Assembly (NCBI RefSeq): GCF_009914755.1
Contig: NC_060936.1
Origin: the human T2T-CHM13v2.0 reference genome, Homo sapiens
Direction: 5' to 3' (one strand)
DNA: 64,000 nucleotides
In this document: positions 29,270 through 44,152 of the stretch, piece by piece
Numbering within the stretch: the stretch's first letter is position 1
Layout of the letters: each line of letters starts with the position of its first letter
Position numbers and translations under genes: made by a program
Notes under the pieces: model-generated
Databases searched by the model: none
What the model was told of the DNA's origin: nothing
The model's input: the letters and a program-made list of their open reading frames with translations, nothing else

Positions 29270-29285
29270 TTCTCCATGATTTTTC
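29270..29285. repeat. Right copy of the 16-bp L1 TSD
   Basis: TTCTCCATGATTTTTC followed by AA, giving an EN-type site TTTC/AA. Confidence 0.95.
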
Positions 29286-29399
29286 AAGTAGACCTCTTTC
29301 TTCTGAAAGATAATGAAATGAAAATACTGTCCTGACATTTTAATATCTGTGACATGTATATCAGTTATCTTTCGCTCTTTAAAAATATCATCCCAAAAT

Positions 29400-29829
29400 G
29401 TGTTCACCTAAGACTATAACCATTTATTCAGCCCATGGATCTGAGAGTTGCCTGGGAGGCTCTGCAGGTGGGCTAGGCTCAGCTCTTCCCAGCAGGGCTG
29501 GCTGGTGGGACTGTGAGCTGTTGCCCCATTGACTGTGAGCCAGCTGGCCCAGGATGGCTTCAGCTGGGGACAGCTCCTTCCTGCTCCATGAACTGCCTCA
29601 TGGTTTCCAAGAGGGGTAGACTCATGCAAGGGTCTCTTGAGGCCTAGGTCAGAACTGTCACAGCATTATGTCTGACATGTTTTGTTGGTCAGAGGAAGCC
29701 ACAAGATCAGCCCAGATTCTAGGAGTGAAGAAATGTATGTCTTGACAAGAGAAGCTGAAAATTCAAATTGGAAAGAAGCATGGGTACAGGGAAGGAGAAA
29801 ACTGTGGTCATTTTTGCAATTTACCATAG
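29400..29829 (-). mobile_element. MaLR LTR (MLT1F/H-like)
   Basis: CACAAGATCAGCCCAGATTC...TGTGGTCATTTTTGCAATTTACCA. Confidence 0.6.
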
Positions 29830-29834
29830 TATGT

Positions 29835-30015
29835 TACACACTGTCAAGTGCTCTCATCCACAGTATCCTTTATGATCCTCCCAAATAACACAGTGAGATA
29901 AGTAGTACAGGTATTATCATTCCCCTTTTACGTAGGTGCAAATTGAGACCAGCAATAAAGAGAGATTTTCAATGGGTCACACATTCTGGAAGTGGCATGA
30001 GCTCAAATCTGTTTT
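29835..30015 (-). mobile_element. MIR
   Basis: Core TATTATCATTCCCCTTTTAC...AAATTGAG. Confidence 0.6.
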
Positions 30016-30974
30016 GAAAAGCATACAAGTGAAGAGAGATGTTAGTATCATCAAAGGGAGGTAAATTAATGTTTTTTAATGCTTTGCCCCATGCAGACTC
30101 ATTGAGCCTTATTTAAATAACTTTTGGGAATTGAGGCAACAGGCAATTTAATGTTGATTTTTTTTTCTAAATACTGTCTTTCAATACTAAAGTGAGAGTG
30201 TAAGTCCAGATAAAGGCGCTTCTTGAAGTCTAGTTAGTGTGGGGGATATTGTGGGATTTCGAGGTCCTTTGGCCAATCCACTTTATTTCTAACTGTAATA
30301 TTTTTCTTTACAGTCTCCTCTCTTGAGGTGTGTGAACAAAACACTTGAAATAAAACCGCTCACTAGATTATACCTAGGCTGTATCATTCTGCTAAAGATT
30401 GGTATGGAAGTTATAATGGAGGCAGAGGTCAAAAGTAAAGAAAACCTCCAGGTCTTTTTTTTCTTAGAAGCAGCTGAATTCTACCTACTTATTCTTTTCC
30501 ATTCACTTTCATACTTAGAAATGACACTTTCTGGACAACCATCAATGACCAAATTCCATGTGATATGGTTTTACAAAAAATACAAGTTTTCAAGGAACTG
30601 AAACCTAAATTCTTGTTTGTAGGTTCTTGATATCTTAGTTATCAAGGGACACAGGAATGTCATAAAGTGGCCCAAGTTTCTGGACACACAAACTGAAGTG
30701 TTACCTGTAGAAATTTATTCTTTTTTGAGTAATTAAATCATTTAATTTATGTGAAATTCCTTAATATACTTCCTGATTCACATAAAAACTTTTTAGTTAT
30801 AAAGCAAATGACTCAGGGAAAGTTAATTTCTCAAAACATTTTTAATTTAAATTTTCTCATTAACTACCATATTTGAAGCATGATATTCAGATATCACATT
30901 TAATTTTCACAATGCCTTCCTGAAAGGTGTATTGCCTTAGTTTTATGAAAGAAGAAATTGGACTTGGAACCCCC

Positions 30975-32842
<1,868 letters not shown>

Positions 32843-33175
32843 CATTTTCTTTGTCCATTCATTTGTTGATGAACACTTAGGTTGCTTCTAAATCTTGACT
32901 ATTGTGAACAGTGCTGCAATAAACGTGGGAGTGCAGATATCTCTTCAATATACCGATTTTCTTTCTTTGGGGTGTATACTAAGCAGTGGAATTACTGGAT
33001 CGTATCGTAGTTCTGTTTTTAGTTTTTTGAGAAACCTCCAAACTGTTCTCCATACTGGTTGTACTAATTGACATTCCTACCAACCATATACAAGGGTTCC
33101 CCTTTCTCCACATCCTTGTCAGCATTTGTTATTGCTTGTCTTTTTGATAAAAGCCATTTTAACCAGGGTGATATG
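32843..33175 (-). mobile_element. L1MA internal fragment (end of ORF2), no tail
   Basis: Closely similar to 60791-61122. Confidence 0.85.
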
Positions 33176-33519
33176 TGTATTAGTCTGCTTTCATGCTGCT
33201 GATAAAGACATATCTGATACTGGGCAATTTACAAAAGAAAGAGGTTTAATGGACTTACAGTTCCATGTGGCTGGGGAGGCCTCACAATCATGGTGGATGG
33301 TGAAAGGCATGTCTCACATGGCAGCAGACAAGAGAAGAGAGGTTGTGCAGGGAAACTCCTTGTTATATAATCATCAGATCTCATAAGACTTATTCACTAT
33401 CATGAGAACAGCACGGGAAAGACCTGCCCCCATGATTCAATTACCTCCCACTGGGTCCCTCCCACAACACATGGGAATTCAAGATGAGATTTGGGTGGTG
33501 ACACAGCCAAACCATATCA
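33176..33519 (-). mobile_element. THE1 LTR (THE1B-like)
   Basis: TGTATTAGTC...GCTGCTGATAAAGACATA...ACACAGCCAAACCATATCA. Confidence 0.92.
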
Positions 33520-34900
33520 TGGCTACTATGAAACAAACTGATATGAACATTCTTATGCAAGTCTTTTTGTGGACATTGGATATACATTTTTATTTCTCCT
33601 GGAAAAATACTTGGGCAATGGAGTAGACATATTTTTAACATTGTAAGAAACAGTCAAACTACTTTCCAAAAGAGTTATACCATTTTATAACCTTACCAGC
33701 AATATACGAGTGTGCTAGTTGCTCCACATCATCAGTAGCCTTTGGTGTTGTCAGGATTTTCTATTTTAGACATTCTCATATGTAGCATGTACCCATTTGA
33801 CTTATTTTGCATTTCCCTAACATCTAATGGTACTGAACAAAATTCTCTTTCTTATTGTCATTTTTATACCCTATTTGTGAGGTGTCTATTTAAGTCTTTT
33901 GATCATTTTTATTGTATTATTTGGGTCTTATTGAATTGTAGGAGTCTCTAATATGTTCTAGATATATATACTTCATTATATGAAGTATTGTGCATATTTT
34001 TTCCTAGTCTGTGGCTTATTTATTCATTTACTTAAATGAGATCTTTTGATGAACAGTAGTTTTAAGTTTTGGTAAAGACCAATTTTCCAATTTTTAATTT
34101 CATGATTAATGCTTTGTAAAAAAATATTTGTTTGCCTTGATGTTGTGGAAATATTCTTCTATGTTTTCTTGTGGAAGCTTTATAATTTTAGCTGAAAAGT
34201 TCAGGCCTATTATCTATTTTAAATTATTATTTTTATATAATAATACAAATGATAATCTTGAACATAATGACCAAGATTCATTGTTTTTTTTCCTATGAAT
34301 ATGCCGTTATTTCAGCTCTATTTGTTGAAAATGCTTTTATTTCTTCCATTGAATTGATTTTTGCCTTTGTCAGAAGTCTTTTAAACATATAAGGGTGAGT
34401 CCATTCTGGACTTTCATTCTGTCCCAATGCATTATTTTTCTATTCTTACACCAATAGCATGCTGTCTTGATATTGTAGCTTTATAGAAAATCTTGTACTT
34501 AGATAGTATTAATACTCCAAATTTATTATTTTTCTCTTTGAGCTTTTTAAGTCCTTGGACTAGTCATATAAATATTAGAAATAGCTTGTCAATTGCCACA
34601 AAACAGTCAGACCTTTCTTAATCGGCAAATTTTTCCTTTATTGCTTTGAATATTGATATTTTTTCTTTCTGGAATTTCCTATTAATCAGAGGTTGAAGTA
34701 CCAGGATCTATCTCTGTCTCTCTTCTTTTCTGTTCATAGTTTAAATTATTTAGGGCTTTCATGAGAGTTCTGGGTGTCTTTCTCAAATTTATTTTTTAGT
34801 TTACTGATTTCATTTTCTGTATTTTTAATTGCTTCTATTGTGGCTTTAATTTGGTTTTTATTTTCAACTAATTCTTAATCTTAGATTTGCCCCTCTTACT
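33520..34900 (-). mobile_element. Old L1M (MC/ME-type) fragments
   Basis: Degenerate antisense ORF2 3' sequence. Confidence 0.7.
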
Positions 34901-36998
34901 TATTTATTTATATTTCTCAAATATAAATCAACTCAGTGTTCCCTGGAATCTTTCTGACACATGGATTGGTTATTTTTAAAGATTATTTGATTCTGGTAGC
35001 AAATCAAAAGAAGGAAGAAGTCAGGGTTGCTTTATTTTCTCTTTTTAACCTAACACAGTGCCTGACACATGGTAGTTACTCAAAAAGTTCCTGTTGAGTC
35101 ACAGGATAAGTGTAATTTTTCTAAGTGCTTCCCTTTATTTATACTCCCCCAATTTTTAAGTGTATCATGATTTTTCAGTGTTCTTTTTCTTCCAGAAGGT
35201 TGCCTATGCTTGCCAACCTTTGTAGGAGTTGAGTGGGTTCTGTTAGAAACTGGTATGCTTCTTGTTCTCCCTGAATGTTCCACAGAGGTCCTTCAAGTCT
35301 AGACAGAGGGAAGTACAGAAGAGCAAACAACCAAATCAACAAAAATCTCACAGTATGTCACCAATATAAGAGGATCAGGGAGGGAGCAGGTGCAGGTCAT
35401 CGTGGCCGGGAGATATGTCACTGCACTACATTGTGTATTAATTTTCTCCCATATTCCCACTTCTTGCCTGCATTGGTTCTGTCTGTGCTAGAAGAAAACC
35501 ATGAAGCCTTCCAGTGTTGGCTGCCAGGTCTGGTGCTATCAGTCTGGAAAGACAGGAGAGCAGGAATCTACTCATGATCATGTTTCCTGCCTCTGGTTCT
35601 GGATGTCCCTGTAGTGAATAAGGGTTGGTTGAAGTATCCTTTTACTTATTGCCTAATGTTTTGATCCCCACAGGACTTTTCCATCCTTACCACTTTCTGG
35701 TATGGAGAGCTGGAGCCCCCTTCTAGTGTCTGATGCTGAGGCAGTGTTTTCCATTTGAATATTCCATTGGTCACTTCAGTAGGAATTTGGGAAGAAAGCT
35801 AGACAAATATGCTCATGGTAGCTACCTTTTGCAGAAGTCACTCAGATTCTAAATGCCCTACTGTAGTACAAGATATCATTTAATAGCTTGAAATGAATGT
35901 CCAGTTTCAAGTTCCTTTGTGTCCCCAGCTGTTCCAGAATAACTGAGAGGTTTCCTCTGTTCCAGACCTAAAAGTATTACTCTCCTAATGATAGGGCCTA
36001 TGTTTTCAACCAAGTATTGTCTGAGCTCATAGTTTGAAATGTCCCCTACCAAATGTTTTTTTCTTCCACAAACTATTATTTTAAATCTGAAAACACAGAT
36101 ATCGATAAATCAGTGACGTATGCCACAGATATGTACATTTAGTGACATTTGTCTGATGTACTGGGAAAAGAAATAGAATCATCCTTTGCTAGGTTTCTTC
36201 AGTCAAGAAAGATTGAATGTCAGTACGTTGGAGTTCTTGCTGTTTTTTTTTGACTTTTTGGCTCTCTTAGTATATCTGTGCTTAATGCAGTAGGAGTAGC
36301 AGCAACAAAATAAAATGACTGTGCTTTGCAAAGAAGGAAAATGCCCTGTACAGCTTCATCATAGAGCACAATAGATGGGTTGCCTTGTAAATGCTTTTAG
36401 CTAGAAAGGGTTCTGGTTCTGGGCTGCTACACCACTGCTCTGCTCATGAGTAGTGTCCCTGAAATGCACTTTATTATCAGTTTCTAGCACCAACAAATTT
36501 AAACAATTAGAACTTAAGCTTGGCAATTTAATTACTTGACAGCTAAAGAAGATTGCATATTGCAGAGAGAGCAATAGATGTATTTTATGTGGCAAGTGGA
36601 TGGTCTCACTCGCCATGATTCACTTACCTGCTGTTTTGTGTGAACAGTCTTTGTCAAAGTGATGGGTGACACAAAATGCTCAGCTAACACAAAACACATA
36701 TTACTATTTTAACACAATATTCAGAGGCAATCTTTGTTCTTTGTATATACAAATTTCATGCAGATAAAGATCAACTAACAAATATTTATTGAACCTCCTA
36801 GGTTACGTTCAGTTCCTTGCTAGACTCAGCAGAGGATAAAAATATACATAAAATAGTTCCTTATAGGAAAGTTTGAGACAAAATCATTCATAGAAGAAAT
36901 CTATGTAGCCTTATCTGTTCTAACACATCTTAATAAGTTAAGTTCAAGTGTTTGTTGGAATTCTTTTTATGTTGGCCTTTTAAAAAACCCGTAGTTAG

Positions 36999-37390
<392 letters not shown>

Positions 37391-37689
37391 TTAATAAATA
37401 GAACTGATTTTATTCAGTTGTACTAGATAAGTAATCCCTACACTTCAGTGGATTCTGTTTTAATGAGTGAAACACCAAGTAAATGAACAATTGCAGTGTG
37501 ATTAGTAGTTTAATAGAGGTCTGTATAGTTTTTTATGGGCATATTGCCTTATCTTAGTTTTGATTATTTGGAAAGATTTCTCAGAAGCAGGAATATTTGA
37601 GCTCTGTCTTGAAAGTTGAGAAGGCTATGCTCAGGATTCCATCATTTGCCACCCACTCACGAACCTCAAGCATTTGAACATACTCTAGA

Positions 37690-39252
37690 GGAAGCCAGGC
37701 TTCCTCTGCTCCCATTGACTCTTCATTTCAGCACAATTTGCTTCCACCCATACCACTTCCCTGATTGGCTCTTGTCAAGACCACCAAGAACCTAAAGACT
37801 TCAAAGGACAATATTCAGTTCCCACCTTACTTGAATGCTCTTCGTATGTTTTATCAGCTCTTCCTTCTTGATAAACATGCTTCTTCCTTGCCTTCCATGA
37901 AATTAACATTTTCTGATTTTTCTATCGCTTTGGCTACTTTTCTTCATTTTCCAAAAGTGATTTCTCCTTTCTAATCTTTAGGTGCTGATGCTTCTTATGG
38001 CCACATCCTAGGACCCTCTTCTCTTGCCTCCCTGGGAAATTGCATTCCGCCCCAAGGACCATACATATCATGTGTATTTTTAAGACTCTATCCCAGACTT
38101 CTCTCCTGAGAACTTCTCATAAATGTTGAAGTACTCACTTTGCATATCTATTTGAATGCCATATAGGCATCTCAGATTAAATTGTTCAAAACCAAATGTA
38201 TGATCTTCCCCTTGAAATCTATTCTTCCTTCAGGTTTTTTGCTTAAATCAATTTCTCAAATATAAAACTTTGGATTAATTTTCAATATCTCCTCCCTTAC
38301 TCCACACAAACATCAAGTCTTAAGGACTTTGCATCTAAAATATATTTTGAATCTGTCTTCTGTTTTCTAGTTCTGTATCCTCTACCTTGAATTTAAGTTC
38401 TTTTTCCCCCTTCCTATATTGTCCTCATAAAGGAAGTATGATCTTTTAAGAAGACAAATCAGATCATGCAACTTACTTGCACAAATTGCTTCTCTGGATT
38501 CTCATTGGGTATGGGTCCTGCATGATCTGGATTTGTTCCTGGTCCTGCTCTCTCTGTGATGTCAAAAAATCTAGGTAACTATCTTGAAATATCATGAAAA
38601 TATCTTTCATCCAGATTTTAATATACATAACCAGCAAATAGTTGGATTGAGGCTTTGAGGAACATCCTCTGAATTTACATTTTGGCAATACTAAGGGGGT
38701 GCTCACTGTGTGGTTTCATATTCCCATATCTTTTATTACTATTTCCTCTGCCAGGAACCTCCCTCCTTTGCCTGGCATTTTCTCCCTGGGATTGTTCCTA
38801 TAACATTCATGTATGGCAAAATTTCTCACTTTTGTCTGTTCAAAAACTCTATGCAATTAAAAAAATAACCCACAGTTATTGAGTATTAACTCTACACCAG
38901 GGGTCATTCTAGGTGATTTAAATATATCTTCTCACTTAATCTTCACAACAGACCTGTCAGTCAAGTACAATTATCATTTCTATTTTACAGATGAAGAAAT
39001 TGAGGAAGTTGGAATTTAAGTAACATGAAATTACATGATGGTGTTAGAATTTCAACTCAGACTTTCAGACTTTTACTACCTACCTGTCTGCTAACCACTG
39101 TGCTTTTTACACAATCTTAGGGGTTGTAGTCACCACTAGACTGTAAGTTTGCAGACTTAAGGAACTCTCTTATTTACTGCTATATCCTTATCACCTACAT
39201 GAATGTCTGGCATATAGAAAGTACTCTGTAAATAGTTGTTTAAACAAATTGA
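37690..39252 (+). mobile_element. Long degraded L2, interrupted by a MIR (~38870-39105)
   Basis: CTCTTGTCAAGACCACCAA, CCCAGACTTCTCTCCTGAG, CACTAGACTGTAAG; MIR core ATTTTACAGATGAAGAAATTGAGG. Confidence 0.65.
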
Positions 39253-40814
39253 ATCAATTGGCTGTCTTGATATTGTATAGACAGAATTTCATTTCTCTTC
39301 TTGGCTTAGAGCTCAGTGGGTATTTAGTGCTAATGGAATTTATAACCATTATGGAATGTATGTGGTAGAAAAAACCCCAGCATCCGAAGATCACAAGTTC
39401 TTTGTGAAACATTATCCATTTGGCTGTGGTTTGCTTAGTCGTGTTCAAAGGTCTGTGATTAGTTCTCCTTGCTCATCTCTTAGGCCGCCTTAGGCTGATG
39501 TTACAAGGGCTTTAAAGCAATCATCTTTGGCAGCTGAGCTCTTAGCTGGTAATCATCACACTATTAAGAAGTACTTGGCTCGATGAGTATCAGAACAGAG
39601 GGAAGAAGTTATCAGATCTCTTGGCTTTCTAATACATATGAGAGGAAATTGATATGGTTCAAGAAGATGACTCTATGATACGTCATATGTATGTATTTTT
39701 TAAAAAAACAATTTCCACTGTACTTAACGTTCTCTAGTATTTTGGGTAGGTAAAGAAAATTAACAGTGATAGTAATTTTAGTGCTTATAATTACTGACTC
39801 ATTCCCACTTCCTGGGAACAGTAAAGTTTTACATTCTTGCAACAATGCAGAAATAGGATTTTTTTTTCCTTAGCTATAGATCATGAGCCACAGATGGGGA
39901 AAGATTTCAGGTTTTTCTTTTTACTCCAAAGAAAGCAGAGATTTTAGCACAGAAAACACGCATTATGAAGCACTTTGGGTTAAACGAAGGCTCCAACATA
40001 CCCAGTAATTTATTGCAGGCAGCATGTTTCATTCTATGTGAATGTGATTGCAGTCCCACAGCATCAATGGCGTAATGGTTTCTCTGCATACCAAAATGTT
40101 TAGCAAAGCCACTTGTTTCCCTGTCCTTTTATCTTATGCACATGGGATTGGTCAACTGTGAGCTGAGAAAAGAAAGACAGATTTTCATAACTAAATTGCA
40201 TTTGACTTTGTTAACTTTAATTTATGAAATAGAGATTATGTTTAATTGGAAAAAGAGGTCTAGTTTTGGAACATTTGTTCAGTGAGATTAATAAAAAAAT
40301 AACCTCAACTGCACTTTTGTCGATTATAAAAGTGTGTCGTAAGTCACAACACAGTTGTGTTCTTTCATTTATTCTTCTATTTAGTTAGGGTGGCATGAAT
40401 TTCAGAATGAAAACCAGCATGATCATATTATTTAAGTACTGCTAAATCACTTATTATTAAAAAAAAATCATATTATTTAAGTACTGCCTCATATCACTTT
40501 TCAAGTAGCATATAAAACTAAGGCCTGACCTTTTCATGCTCGTTTGAATTTGCTGTGTCTCTTCATGCAACACTGGGGCTTCCATTTCTGCCATTGTGGC
40601 CCAAATGGCCAAGCAATCCCCCTGTAGTTTTTTCTCACTTCTGTTACCACTGTGTAGCTATTATATTTGGCTGAAAAAATGACTGAATTTCAAAAAGCTC
40701 AAGGTGGGAGTCACATGAAGCAATGCTTCTTTTCTCATAAGAAAGCTTCAAGAGAATTCAACAGTAAGGACGCCTGGTAAGCTGTTGTGTGACGTAGTCC
40801 AAAACGCTGATAGC

Positions 40815-41260
40815 CATGTTAGAATGCAGGATTGCTCTGCAGTGAATCCCAATGTAACATTGGCTTTCAAAAGACAGAAGTTCATTTATTTTACAAGAAA
40901 TAGTCCAAGGGTAAGCAGACAGAGCTGAAGGCTACCCTTCATCCAGGACCCAAATTCCCGCATTGTTGTTCTGCTGTTCTCAACCTGTGGCTTCCATCTT
41001 AATGGTCTAAAATAGCTGCCTCAGCTCCCACTGTCATGTCTGCCTTCTAGCCAACAGTAAGGGGAGTAGGTGAAGTGGAGACAATGCTTTTTTTCCATCA
41101 ATATCGTGACAGAGAAATTCCACCCATCATTTCACTCACATCCCATTAGTTGTATGAGCTAACCTAGCTGCCAGGAAATTTGGGAAATATAATCTTTGAT
41201 TGAGTGGCCTAATTAAAATCAGGGGTTTTGCAATTCATGGAAAAAGGGAAGAATGGATTT
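40815..41260 (-). mobile_element. Old MaLR LTR (MLT1J/K-like)
   Basis: CACTCACATCCCATT..CTAGCTGCCAGGAAATTTGGGAAAT. Confidence 0.55.
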
Positions 41261-42323
41261 TGGAAAATAATTGATAATGCTATAATCACTGCCAGTAAAA
41301 AGAAGTCATAGAGAAATAATATGGTGCAAGGGTAAGTAGATGATTATCCTTTAGTTCTGGCAACCTGTAAGTGTATAAGATACAGATACTAATTACAGTT
41401 ATTTAAAGCTGAAAACCTATGTACTAGATGGACATCAGGTAAATCATAGAATTGATGAAAACGTTGGAGAACTAACTAGGCATAGATCTAGGCTCAAGAC
41501 AGACATCCAAATCACAGCATGGGATGGTCTTCTTATAACCGGTACTACTGATGACACCACCTCTAGATTCTTGGCTTCTTGATTTTGTTGCCAACATCAT
41601 CACTGGAAACTAGCTACTGGCCGTTGCCAAAGCTGAAACCAAATTATAAACTGTTTCTCCTTTGAATATTCATGCCAGACTCAAAATCCTAGATAGGACA
41701 CCAGATTTGTTGAGTTTAGCACATGAGTCTTTATTCTAGCTGCCAGGGGCTAGGAACAAAAGTATTGGCAGTGATAGGTGAAATTCTGTCTTGCATGAAG
41801 ACTGCCCTGTTCAGTGGTGAACCTAAAGCACGGAAAGGGGTTCATTTTCTGAGAAGCCGTTTTTTAAAATGCCAAAATGTACATTATAGTGACCAAAGTA
41901 TTTTTCAAATAGGGCAAAAGTAGTTTAAGTCCTTAAGTGCATGGTTTTGGAATTAGAAAAAATCTGGGTTGTAATCATTGCTCTATAAAATGGGGGTATT
42001 AATAATGGCTAATTCCTAGAGTTTTGTGGATAATATAAAGTACATGCTTAATAAATTCAGGAAAAAGGAAAATATCTTAATTTTTAAAAATATCTTCAGA
42101 TTTGTAAAATGCTTTCTTCCTATCTAGACAGTCCTAATGTTATAGTTTCATCCATATCATTAGCTTAGTAGCCATATTTCAACTCAGTTAACAAATAGAT
42201 GCTGACATTCTAAAATTAACTTGAGATCTGTAATAAACCAGATTAACAATTGGGGTGATTTGGTACTCATCCTAAAGTTACCCAGATTTATAAGCTAGGT
42301 GAAGAAAACATTGTATACTACCA

Positions 42324-42636
42324 TTTTGTTTATTTATTTATTTATTTTTGAGATAGGATCTTTCTCTGTCACTCAGGCTGGAGTGCAGTGACACAATCAT
42401 AGCTCACTGCAACCTCAAACTCTTGGAGTGAAAGTGATTATCCCACCTCAACCTCCTGAGTAGCTAGCACTACAGGTACATGCCACCACTCTCAGCTAAT
42501 TAATTTTTTTTTTTTTTTTAGAAACAGGGTCTCACTATGTTGCCCAGTCTGGTCTTGAACTCCTGGTGTCAATTGATTCTTCTGTCTCAGCCTCTGAAAG
42601 TGCTGGGATTACAGGTACGAGCTTCTGTGTCCAATC
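42324..42636 (-). mobile_element. AluJ
   Basis: Dimeric Alu; TSD TGTATACTAC(C)ATTT. Confidence 0.93.
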
Positions 42637-42742
42637 TGTATACTACATTTCACAGTTGATTAAAGTCAGCAAACTTGTCCCTAAAACTGAGAAGTACCAA
42701 GAATAACATCTCAAACTCGTATTCCTGTAATAGTTCTCCAAA

Positions 42743-42962
42743 GATTTTTTTTATTTTTATTTTTTATGATATCTTTTTTTTAAATTATACTTTAAATTTT
42801 AGGGTACATGTGCACAACGTGCAGGTTTGTTACATATGTATACATGTGCCATGTTGGTGTGCTGCACCCATTAACTCGTCATTTAACATTAGGTATATCT
42901 CCTAATGCTATCCCTCCCCAATCCCCTCACCCCACAACTGGCCCTGGTGTGTGATGTTCCCC
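42743..42962 (-). mobile_element. Short 5'-truncated L1PA (PA4/5-like) 3' end
   Basis: TTATACTTTAAATTTTAGGGTACATGTGCACAACGTGCAGG... Confidence 0.92.
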
Positions 42963-44128
42963 AACGAATGGCTTTTGTTTCCTTCTTTCAGAAGGGAATT
43001 CTCCTTGACCGTACGTTTGCCCTGATAATACAAGACATTTGAAACTTTTTTCCACCAACTACTTTAAACTTTTACCTCAAAAAACATTGTAAGCAGCATT
43101 AGGAAGAATGGCAAAGGAGACTTAAATACCTCTACAGGTTGCCAAAAATACAGGTTGGCTGTTGTTCAGCACCTGGAAAATTCGTTGAGATCATATGGAC
43201 TGTCAAAATTTCAGTGTACTGGAGAAGAAAGCTCCCTGCAGTGACAGTATTGAATTAAAAAAAGTATTGTAAACAGTGGCTCTAGGGGATTACTGTGGTC
43301 ATTCAAAAAGCTGCACATTCTGCTGTTAACAGAGAAATTATCCACTAAATTATAAACTCAGTTGTGGAGCAAGCAACCAGAGGCAGAACTGGAAAGAGTT
43401 CTTTGGGCAAATGAGATCAACGTCCTTTTACTTTAACTCTTAGGTGTCTTAGACTTAGACATATACTCTGTCCTTGAATATAAAGGAGCAAAGTCAATGT
43501 AGTAAAAATTAAAGTCTTTTGGTTTGCTTTCTGTGATTGTTTAAAAGTAAGATTACTATCTGTTCAAAATGTCTATAATAGTAAAATAGACACAAATTAT
43601 GAATGACCTAAAGTTATGAAAATATTTTAAAGTATCTCGACAGCTTTTTAAAATTAGAATTTGCACACCACAATTTGAATAATCGTTTTTGAGATTTGTC
43701 AACCTAAGTTCTATGAGTATTGGTTTTATATATTCCTGAGGTAAAACTGATTTTATTCATTTTCTTTAGACTCAGATGAAACTTGCAAATTGATGCAGGA
43801 AATCTACCCGCCAACCTATTTATCTTTCTCTCATCCCAGGTACTGTATGATGTTATTAACAGATTGGAAAATAAATCTGCTTTTATTAAGTTTCAGAGAT
43901 TATAAAAATATTGTGATAATATATATTGGCTAGGTAAATCTAGGATGTTATTATATTTCTCTCCTATCAAAGAGGAAAAGTGATGTAAAATTTGTAAAAT
44001 GAAAGACGAGGCAAAATGAAAGAGGCCACATATATACTGTGTTAAAGGAGGGTTTACAAAATACTTGACTGTTCCATCGAAAAAGAAATCTTAATTTTAG
44101 ATTTCAAGAAGAAGCTATAGTGTAGGGT

Positions 44129-44152
44129 ATGTGTGTGTGTGTGTGCGTGTAT
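44129..44152. repeat. (TG)n microsatellite
   Basis: Direct reading. Confidence 0.9.

Noticed and set aside
42732-42966. TSD for the short L1PA (GTTCTCCAAAGA / GTTCCCCAACGA)
   Set aside because: Imperfect match that overlaps L1 sequence; cannot be called
43750-43846. Possible 70-nt exon (TTTCTTTAG|ACTC...CCCAG|GTACTG)
   Set aside because: Splice-like motifs are common in AT-rich DNA; no recognisable coding content
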